From the NCBI GenBank assembly GCA_001803795.1, contig MHEK01000059.1, positions 1-42,147 of the forward strand: 42,147 bases of DNA, read 5' to 3'. The notes below the pieces were generated by a model, which did not search any database, was not told where the DNA came from, and was given only the letters and a program-made list of their open reading frames with translations. This stretch comes from Nitrospirae bacterium RBG_16_64_22 (GTDB lineage Bacteria; Nitrospirota; RBG-16-64-22). Shown one piece after another: positions 8,516 to 15,524 of this stretch (positions are counted from its first letter, which is position 1; every line of letters begins with the position of its first letter). The position numbers and the translations under genes are program-made.

Positions 8516-9783
8516 CCCATCGAACACGGGAGAACAACACCCTCCCTCCTTTACCCTTCCGCCCCCTCGGCCGGCGAGAGACCGTCGGCGTCCTTCTCTC
8601 GATGGCCGCTCTGTGGGCCCTCCTCATCGTCGACCCGTACCTGGCCGGCGCCATCCGCGAGGCTCTCGCGCGTACCCGCGGCGTCCTGGAGTTCTTCGTC
8701 GAGACGGGCGACGGTCTCTGGCAGGGAATCGGGGCCATCATCCTCTACGCCGCCGGCATTCTCGCGGGACGCTCGGCGATCCGGCGCACGGGGGGCCGGG
8801 CTTTTCTCGCGATCGTTGTCGCGGGCCTCGCGACCCAAGTCATCAAGCACACGATGGGACTGCCCAGGCCCCGGATGTGGGAGGTCTCCGCCGGGAACCT
8901 GGGACCTTCCTTTCTGGCCGGGCTCGACACCTTCCCCTCCGGGCACACGGCGACAACCACGGCCCTCGCCGTCGTCCTGGCGGATGCGGCCCCAAGGCTC
9001 AAGCCTCTCATCCTCGCCTGGCCCGCCGCGATGGCGTTCGCCCGCGTCGCCGTCGGGGCCCACTTTCCTTCCGACGTCGCCGGAGGCATTCTCCTGGGCG
9101 CCGCCGCCGGATGGATCATCCGGATCACGCCCCCGAACGCCGTCGGCGCGACGCTCCGCCGCCTTTTCTGGAGCTTGAGGGGGCGGCTTTCCTTTTCCTT
9201 TCTCGCGGGCGTGGTCATCCTCTTCACCAGCCGCCCCTTCCTTCTCGCCCCTCCCCCCATCGCGCTCGAGGTCCCCGCTCTGCTCCTGCTCGTCTGCGGC
9301 CAGGCGCTCCGGTTCTGGCTCCGCGGGTGCCGGGGAGACGGGACGGCCGCGCCTTCCCCGTCCGTATCCGGACCGTATGCGTTCGTCCGCTACCCGGAAA
9401 TCACGGCCGCCGCGATGATCGGCCTCGGGCTCTCGCTTCTCACGGGTACGCTTTGGGTCCTGCTCGTTTTCCTGGTTATCTTCGTCACGGAATTCGGCGC
9501 GTACTATGCCGTTGAAGAGGGCGTCCGTCTCGCGGGAAGCGCGTCCTACGCCGAGCGTCGCCGGCGGATTCATTCTATCCTCCCCCGCCCAACGAGGCCC
9601 GTCTCTTCCGCCGGCTCGCCCGCCATCCCGTCGCCGGAAGATGGAACAATGCACCGCTTTCTCATCAGGAAAGCCGCTCCCGAGGCGTGGAACGCTGCCC
9701 TCCTCCTCCTCGCCGCGGCCGCCCTGGAGTTTTCCGAGCCCCTTCACCCGCCGCCGGTCCTTCCCGGCTTTCTGCCGGAGTAG
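8512..9783 (+). CDS. PAP2-family lipid phosphatase fused to a divergent ICMT/PEMT-like membrane domain
   Basis: ATGA overlap with the upstream gene. PAP2 motifs KHTMGLPRPR, PSGHT, AHFPSDV. The C-terminal multi-TM part has GPYAFVRYPE and VEEGVRLAGSASYAERRRR, resembling the GPYxxVRHPxY ... EExxL..FG..Y..Y motifs of isoprenylcysteine carboxyl methyltransferase-like enzymes. Confidence 0.7.
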   Translation: MTHRTRENNTLPPLPFRPLGRRETVGVLLSMAALWALLIVDPYLAGAIREALARTRGVLEFFVETGDGLWQGIGAIILYAAGILAGRSAIRRTGGRAFLAIVVAGLATQVIKHTMGLPRPRMWEVSAGNLGPSFLAGLDTFPSGHTATTTALAVVLADAAPRLKPLILAWPAAMAFARVAVGAHFPSDVAGGILLGAAAGWIIRITPPNAVGATLRRLFWSLRGRLSFSFLAGVVILFTSRPFLLAPPPIALEVPALLLLVCGQALRFWLRGCRGDGTAAPSPSVSGPYAFVRYPEITAAAMIGLGLSLLTGTLWVLLVFLVIFVTEFGAYYAVEEGVRLAGSASYAERRRRIHSILPRPTRPVSSAGSPAIPSPEDGTMHRFLIRKAAPEAWNAALLLLAAAALEFSEPLHPPPVLPGFLPE

Positions 9784-9795
9784 CGACTGAACAGC

Positions 9796-11511
9796 ATGGC
9801 TCCGTCCGCCACAGACAGGACCCCGGCCGGTCCATTGAAACCGCTGACGTGGCGGCGCGCGCCGATCGCCTTCCTGCTCGCCCTGACAGCTTTTCTCCTG
9901 ATCTTTCGCCTCGGCACGCCCGGCCTCACGGATCGGGACGAAGCCTCGTTCTCCGAGGCGGTCCGGGAGATGATCGAAGGCGGCGACTGGCTCACGCCCC
10001 ACTTCAACGGCGCGACGCGCTTCGACAAGCCGCCTCTCATCTACTACGTGATGGCCGTTCCCGTGACTGTCTTCGGTCTGTCGGAGTTCTCGCTCCGCTT
10101 CCACAGCGCAACGGCCGGCGTAGGGCTCGTCCTGCTCGTCTTCCTGTTCGCCCGCCGCCACGTCGGCCAGCGCGCCGCGATCTACTCAGCCGGGTGCCTC
10201 GCGGCGTCCCTGGGATTCCTCGTCCTGGGCCGGGCCGCCATCACCGATATGACGCTCCTGCTCCTCACGACGGGGGCTCTCTTTTCCTTCTTTCGGGCCT
10301 ACTGGTCCCCCGCGCCCAGCGGTCGTCCCTGGTACCGGCTCGCCGACGTCCTTCTGGCCCTCGCGTTTCTCGTCAAAGGACCGGTCGGCCCAATCGTCGT
10401 CTCCCTCGCGGCCACTGGCTTCCTTTTCGCCGCCGGAGGATTCAGGCGGTACGCGCGGGAAGCCCGCCCCTGGCTCTCGATCCTGATCGTCCTCGGCCTC
10501 TCCCTGCCATGGTTCGCCCTGATGCTCGCCATACACGGCCAGGCCTACGTCGACGCGGCCATGTACCACACGGTCACGAGGTACACGTCGACTCTCGGAG
10601 GGCACGGGGGAACGGTCATCTACTACTTCCCCGTCGTCCTTCTCCTCCTGTTTCCCTGGAGCATCTTCCTTCCCGGGACACTCATCGAGTCACTCAAAGG
10701 ATTCCGCGACAAGGCCCGCCGCGACGCGGTTTCTTCCTTCCCCGTATTCCTCTCGATCTGGACCGTCCTGGTCTTCGTCTTCTTCTCCCTTTCATCGACC
10801 CGGCTCCCCCACTACATTCTCCCCCTCTTTCCGGCGGCGGCGATTCTCGTGGGAACGCGCATCGCCCGCTGGGCCGAAGACCCGCCTGCGAGGCGCATAC
10901 TGCCGAGCCTCGTCGTGGCGGGCCTGGTCGGCGCCCTGCTCGCCGCCGGGGTCGCCGGCCTCGATCTCGTGTACGGGCGATACGGAGGCCTCGTCATGCG
11001 CGAGGTCCCATCCGCCCAGGCTGTCGACCTTGGCCCCTGGGGGCTGACCCTCGCCGCGATTCTCTTCGCCGGCTCGGCCGCACTCGCGTGGGCCGGTTCG
11101 CGGAGGAGATGGAACGCCGCCTGGCTCTCCGGCGTGACGGCGCTCTCCCTGGCGTTCATCACCATCGTCACGGCGATCCTCCCGGCAATAGACGCGAAGT
11201 TCCTGGCTCCAGGGAGAAACCTGGCGCGAAAAGCGGGGACGCTCGTGCCGCCGGGAGGCGCATGGGCGATCTACGAGGTCTACCGTCCGTCGTTCGTTTT
11301 CTATTCCGAGAGGCGGGTTGTCCAGATCCGGGAGGGCGAGGAGACGCGCCTTGCCGCCCGCATCTTGTCGGGGGAGGTGTCCGCCGTCCTCGCCCGGGAA
11401 TCGCGCGTCCAACGCATCAGAGAGATCGATCCGTCGTTGTCCGTCCAGGACGCTCAAGGAGGTCTCGCGCTGATGGTTAGCGCGGTTCGCGGGGAGGCAG
11501 AACCGCGATGA
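9796..11511 (+). CDS. ArnT/PMT-like polyprenyl-phosphate-sugar dependent glycosyltransferase (GT39/GT83 type)
   Basis: 571 aa, polytopic. N-terminal GLTDRDEASFSEAVREMIEGGDWLTPHFNGATRFDKPPLIYY is the family signature loop. Confidence 0.8.
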   Translation: MAPSATDRTPAGPLKPLTWRRAPIAFLLALTAFLLIFRLGTPGLTDRDEASFSEAVREMIEGGDWLTPHFNGATRFDKPPLIYYVMAVPVTVFGLSEFSLRFHSATAGVGLVLLVFLFARRHVGQRAAIYSAGCLAASLGFLVLGRAAITDMTLLLLTTGALFSFFRAYWSPAPSGRPWYRLADVLLALAFLVKGPVGPIVVSLAATGFLFAAGGFRRYAREARPWLSILIVLGLSLPWFALMLAIHGQAYVDAAMYHTVTRYTSTLGGHGGTVIYYFPVVLLLLFPWSIFLPGTLIESLKGFRDKARRDAVSSFPVFLSIWTVLVFVFFSLSSTRLPHYILPLFPAAAILVGTRIARWAEDPPARRILPSLVVAGLVGALLAAGVAGLDLVYGRYGGLVMREVPSAQAVDLGPWGLTLAAILFAGSAALAWAGSRRRWNAAWLSGVTALSLAFITIVTAILPAIDAKFLAPGRNLARKAGTLVPPGGAWAIYEVYRPSFVFYSERRVVQIREGEETRLAARILSGEVSAVLARESRVQRIREIDPSLSVQDAQGGLALMVSAVRGEAEPR

Positions 11512-12218
11512 GCATCCGTATCAGCGTCGTCATCCCGGCGCACAACGAGGGCAAAAACCTCCCCCCGCTGGCCGAGCAGACCGCCGCCGTCCTCATGGAG
11601 ATGGGCACGGAGTTCGAGATCCTTGTCGTCAACGACGGGAGCACGGACGACACCTCCGAGAGAATCAGGGAAACCGGGAGTCTGGTGCCCGAACTCCGCG
11701 AAATCCGGCTCAGGAAGAAATCGGGCCAGACGGCCGCGATCCTCGCCGGCTTTTCGCAAGCCCGCGGAGAGATCGTCATCACGATGGACGGCGACCAGCA
11801 GAACGACCCGGCCGACATCCCGAAGTTATTGGAGGCCCTCAAAGGTGCCGATGCCGCCGCCGGCTGGCGCGTTTCCCGGAAAGATCCATGGCTCACGGTT
11901 GCCGCTTCGAGGATAGCCAACGCCGTCCGCAACCGGCTGAGCGACGACTCGATCCGCGACACCGGGTGCGGCCTCAAGGCGTTTCGGCGCGAGACCCTCT
12001 CGTCCATCCCCGCCTTCAACGGAATGCACCGCTTCTTCCCGACCCTGATCCGACAGGCGGGATACAAAGTGGTCGAGGTCCCCGTCTCGCACCGTCCCCG
12101 CGCCCACGGCCAGACCCACTACTCGATCCGAAGCCGGGCGATCCGGGCCTTCGTGGACTTATTGGCCGTAAGGTGGATGAAGTCGCGGAGAATCCGCTAC
12201 GAAATTGAAGAGAAGTGA
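11508..12218 (+). CDS. family 2 glycosyltransferase, ArnC/DPM1-like polyprenyl-phosphate sugar synthase
   Basis: ATGA overlap with the ArnT-like gene. ISVVIPAHNEG, VVNDGSTD, TMDGDQQNDP (DxD) and a C-terminal membrane-associating helix. Confidence 0.8.
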   Translation: MSIRISVVIPAHNEGKNLPPLAEQTAAVLMEMGTEFEILVVNDGSTDDTSERIRETGSLVPELREIRLRKKSGQTAAILAGFSQARGEIVITMDGDQQNDPADIPKLLEALKGADAAAGWRVSRKDPWLTVAASRIANAVRNRLSDDSIRDTGCGLKAFRRETLSSIPAFNGMHRFFPTLIRQAGYKVVEVPVSHRPRAHGQTHYSIRSRAIRAFVDLLAVRWMKSRRIRYEIEEK

Positions 12219-12223
12219 GACAC

Positions 12224-12360
12224 CGTTATTGGTTATTGGTCAATCGTTATTGGTCAATCGTCATTCGCCAACCATTGACCATTGACTATTAACCATTAAC
12301 AGCTCTTGTCATTGACCATTGACCGCTCTTGCCATTGACCATTGACGATTGACTATTGAC
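12224..12360. repeat. heptad tandem array, ~19 units (CGTTATT/GGTCAAT then CATTGAC type)
   Basis: cgttatt ggttatt ggtcaat cgttatt ggtcaat cgtcatt cgccaac cattgac cattgac tattaac cattaac agctctt gt cattgac cattgac cgctctt gc cattgac cattgac gattgac tattgac. It contains a 23-nt higher-order repeat (12301-12323 / 12324-12346). Confidence 0.95.
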
Positions 12361-13645
12361 CAGCTGTGGGGATTCCGTAGGCCTCCGCCAAGAGCTGTAC
12401 GGGCGCGAGCATTTGGACGCCGACCGCCTCCTGGATCTGCCGCCCGCAGAGGGGAGCGTCCGTCACGATCCGGTCCGGCCGGTAGTGGCGGACGTTCTCG
12501 AAGAGATCAGCCCCGATCTCGAGCGACAGATCGTACGTCTTCTCCTTCATCCCGAACGCTCCGCCCATCCCACAGCAGAACGTATCGAGGTAGCCGATCG
12601 CAAGACCGGGAATCCAGCGGAGAAGATCGATCGTCTCATTCCCGATCCGCAGCGTCCGTGCGTGGCAAGCGTAGTGGTACCGAACGTCACCGCTCACGGG
12701 TCCGAGCGCCGTATCGAAGCGCCCCTGAAGGACAAGTTCTCCCAGAAAGGACGTCAGGTCCGTCACGGCCTTTGCCAGGCGGTTCGTCTCGGGGGTCGGC
12801 CAGAGGAACGGGGCATTGTTCCGCATCATGTGGACGCAGTTGCAGTCGGCGCAGACGATCCGGCGCCCCTCTTCGACGTAGGGAAGAAGCCTCGCCAGAT
12901 TCGCCTCGTGGAGCGACCGGGCCGTCTTCTCGTCCCCGATGCCGATGGACGGGAGGCCGCAGCAGTTGTGCGCGGGGACGACAACCTCCATCCCCTGGCG
13001 TTCCAGGACGGCCACGGCTGCCTGGCCGATCGCGGGATCGAAATAGTTGGCCGTACAGCCGGCAAAGTAGACGACCTCCCCTTTCGGGGCTCTCGAACTC
13101 CCCGATGTCCGCCCGCGTCTCGTTTCCGCCCAGTCGTGAAACGTCGGGCGGGCGAACCCGGGGAGCCTTCGGCGCGGATCGATCCCCGTCAAAGGCGCGG
13201 CGATCAGGCGGACGAGCGGATTGTTGACCAGGAGGTTCGAAACCGGCGCGAGCCGGCTCCCCCACCTTCCGACGGCGTCCACGCCGGCCATGAGACGCTC
13301 CTTGCGCGTCAGCCCGTTTTCGGCGTAACGTATCTTGGCTTTCATGATATGCTTGGCCAAGTCCAGGGAGCCGGGACACCGGAGTTCGCACTGACCGCAC
13401 AGGGAACAGAGCGCAAGCGCCTCGCGAAGGCCGCGATCGATCTCGCTCCTCTGTTCTTCCTGGTCTTCCAGGCCTTCCGGTAAATGACCAGGGCGGGGGG
13501 ATTGCTCGGCCTCTTCGAAAATCTTGTACAGGCGCGGAAAGGCCGCGCAGAATGTCTTACAGCGGTTGCACGAAACGCATTTGCCCGCGTGGGCCTTGAA
13601 CGAATCACCGAAAAGGACGGCCAAGGGATGGGCGGTCGGAAGCAT
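12353..13645 (-). CDS. (Fe-S)-binding oxidoreductase subunit, GlcF/GlpC/HdrD-like (helical ferredoxin + 2 CCG domains)
   Basis: 430 aa. CVSCNRCKTFC and CSLCGQCELRCP cluster motifs, then CCGLP and CCGMGGAF cysteine-rich (CCG) repeats. No partner subunit gene is adjacent. Confidence 0.75.
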   Translation of the reverse strand: MLPTAHPLAVLFGDSFKAHAGKCVSCNRCKTFCAAFPRLYKIFEEAEQSPRPGHLPEGLEDQEEQRSEIDRGLREALALCSLCGQCELRCPGSLDLAKHIMKAKIRYAENGLTRKERLMAGVDAVGRWGSRLAPVSNLLVNNPLVRLIAAPLTGIDPRRRLPGFARPTFHDWAETRRGRTSGSSRAPKGEVVYFAGCTANYFDPAIGQAAVAVLERQGMEVVVPAHNCCGLPSIGIGDEKTARSLHEANLARLLPYVEEGRRIVCADCNCVHMMRNNAPFLWPTPETNRLAKAVTDLTSFLGELVLQGRFDTALGPVSGDVRYHYACHARTLRIGNETIDLLRWIPGLAIGYLDTFCCGMGGAFGMKEKTYDLSLEIGADLFENVRHYRPDRIVTDAPLCGRQIQEAVGVQMLAPVQLLAEAYGIPTAGQ

Positions 13646-13668
13646 GCAAACTCCGTCACTGGCAAGAA

Positions 13669-13788
13669 CGGTTAATCGTCAATGGCAAAGTCGGTTAATG
13701 GCCAGCGAACGGCAAATGGCGATTGACCAATAACCAATAACGATTGACGAATAACGATTGACGATTAACCAATAGCGATCATCAATCC
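13669..13788. repeat. heptad tandem array, ~17 units (CGATTGA/CCAATAA type)
   Basis: cggttaa tcgtcaa tggcaaa gt cggttaa tggccag cgaacgg caaatgg cgattga ccaataa ccaataa cgattga cgaataa cgattga cgattaa ccaatag cgatcat caatcc. It directly abuts ATG 13789. Confidence 0.95.
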
Positions 13789-14610
13789 ATGACTTTCGAC
13801 GACGTTCGAAAACTGATCGAGAAGAAAACCTGGGACCAGGCGCTTGAAGCTGGGCGCCGCCTCGCGGCCGAAAGCAAGAAGGACGGCACGCCGCTCCTCC
13901 GGGCCGCCGAATTGTTTCTGAAAGCCGGCCGCAATCAGGAAGCGGTCGCCTGCTACACGTGGGCGGCCGACATCTTCGCCCACGCAGGCTTTCTCCTGAA
14001 GGCGATCGCCGCCACAAAACTCATCCTGAGGCTCGACCCGACAAACGCCGAGGCGCGGACTCGGCTCGACAATCTGGCCGCCCAGCACTCCGGACCCGCG
14101 TCGCGGGAGGCCCCGGCTCCTGCTCCCGCCGCCTCTTCGTCGAGGGAAGAGATGGAACCGATCGATCTCGCTCCCTCGCGCGACCCCGCAATCGGGATTC
14201 TCCCCCTCTTTCAGGGGCTTCCCGAAGAGGCGTTTCAGGACCTCGTGGGACCGATGGCCCTGCGTCAACTGCACGACGGGACTGAAATCATCCGGGAGGG
14301 GGAAACGGGGACATCTCTCTTCGTCCTCATCCACGGCGAGGTCAACGTCGAGACATCCGTCCGCGGCAAACGCGTGCATCTCGCCCGGCTCCGCGAGAAC
14401 GACTTCTTCGGCGAGATCGGCTTCCTCACGGGACAGCCGCGCACGGCCACGATCCGATCGATCGGGGCCGTGGAGATCCTGGAGCTTGACCGCGACGCCC
14501 TCACGTCTCTCGTCAGCCGTTACCCGGTCATCGCCGAACGTCTCCGGACGCTTTACATCTCCCGCGCCGAGCACACGGTGGAAATCGTCCGGAGAACGCT
14601 CAGGACGTAG
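13789..14610 (+). CDS. TPR-like N-terminal domain + cyclic nucleotide-binding domain protein
   Basis: 273 aa. The cNMP-binding beta-barrel motifs are LFQGLPEEAF...GETGTSLFVLIHGEV...FFGEIGFLTGQPRTATIRS. Confidence 0.75.
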   Translation: MTFDDVRKLIEKKTWDQALEAGRRLAAESKKDGTPLLRAAELFLKAGRNQEAVACYTWAADIFAHAGFLLKAIAATKLILRLDPTNAEARTRLDNLAAQHSGPASREAPAPAPAASSSREEMEPIDLAPSRDPAIGILPLFQGLPEEAFQDLVGPMALRQLHDGTEIIREGETGTSLFVLIHGEVNVETSVRGKRVHLARLRENDFFGEIGFLTGQPRTATIRSIGAVEILELDRDALTSLVSRYPVIAERLRTLYISRAEHTVEIVRRTLRT

Positions 14611-15486
14611 TCAGCGGCGCTTCCTCTCCCGCCTCTTGGACGAGACCCGGAACTCGTCGATGACTCTTCCGGCGGGATCGCGCAGGACCGCCGTCTCCCC
14701 TTCCGAGCTCCACGATGGAGACGGGTGCCCCCAGTAGAGACCCTCCGTCCCGCCGGCTTGTCCCGAATCCTTTCCCCAACCGGAGCCTGGGATGGGTTTC
14801 GGCGCGCTGAAGAGCATCAGACCGTACCCAGGCTTCATGATCACGCTGGGGAAAACGAAGCGATGCCCCGCCCGATCCTCGACTCCGTGTCCCTCGATAT
14901 TCGCTTCCCGGTCCGAGACGTTCACGACGCGGACGAACGGCGGGCGGCCCGAACCGGCCGGGCTCGCGCGAATGAAGGCAAAGTCGCCTACCAGCCTTTT
15001 CCAGATCCCCCGGCGGGCCGAGCGGGCGTCCCGCTGGGCCGCCAGCAGGCGGTCGTAGTGCTTGAGGTTTGGCGGGATCACCCAGACATGGGCGAAACCC
15101 TCCCGGACCAGGCGTTCGTTCACCATCGTCCCGTCTTTCCAGACGTACGCCAGCGTCCGGCCGTATCGGTCCCGCTCCTGCCGGTCGAGCTCGAAGCGAA
15201 CCCGGCTTCCCTTCACGAGCTGTTCGTTGAGCGCCCGGCTCTTCGCCGAGTACGGCTGGCCCCGTTCCGGCGCGTTGATCCCAAGATAGCGGACCTTCCG
15301 GCCGTCCGACAGGAGAATCGAGTCGCCGTCGTAGATTCGTTGAACCGTTCCGCCGAGCGGATCCGCCCGCGCACCGGAAACGGCCGGAAAGAAAACGAGG
15401 ATCGCAACGAGGAACGCGCAAACGCGGCGGAGGACGCCCTGCGCGAACAGCCCGGCCAGGTTCTGCCGTCTCACCCATTCACCCAT
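14611..15486 (-). CDS. secreted thermonuclease (SNase fold) fused to a lamin-tail-like domain
   Basis: Signal/anchor LRRVCAFLVAILVFFPAVSGARA. SNase core VQRIYDGDSILLSDGRKVRYLGINAPE...DRYGRTLAYVW...REGFAHV. C-terminal FVRVVNVSDREANIEGHGVEDRAGHRFVFP...GETAVLRDPAGRVIDEF resembles an LTD. The start lies inside an octad repeat array, so it is uncertain. Confidence 0.7.
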   Translation of the reverse strand: MGEWVRRQNLAGLFAQGVLRRVCAFLVAILVFFPAVSGARADPLGGTVQRIYDGDSILLSDGRKVRYLGINAPERGQPYSAKSRALNEQLVKGSRVRFELDRQERDRYGRTLAYVWKDGTMVNERLVREGFAHVWVIPPNLKHYDRLLAAQRDARSARRGIWKRLVGDFAFIRASPAGSGRPPFVRVVNVSDREANIEGHGVEDRAGHRFVFPSVIMKPGYGLMLFSAPKPIPGSGWGKDSGQAGGTEGLYWGHPSPSWSSEGETAVLRDPAGRVIDEFRVSSKRRERKRR

Positions 15487-15524
15487 TTACCGATTCACCG
15501 ATTCACCCATTCCCCGCTTCACCC
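15469..15524. repeat. octad tandem array (ATTCACCS)n, 7 units
   Basis: tctcaccc attcaccc atttaccg attcaccg attcaccc attccccg cttcaccc. It spans the pheT 3' end, its stop codon and the nuclease gene start. Confidence 0.9.

Noticed and set aside
12224-13788. Possible CRISPR array, suggested by many short direct repeats
   Set aside because: Units are only 7 nt and contiguous, with no unique spacers. There are no 24-48 nt repeats, no leader and no cas genes. These are tandem microsatellite-like arrays, not CRISPR.
12224-13788. IS element or composite transposon carrying the Fe-S gene
   Set aside because: No transposase or recombinase ORF is present, and no target-site duplication is visible outside the 23-bp inverted repeat. 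It is kept only as a repeat-bracketed cassette hypothesis in the findings.
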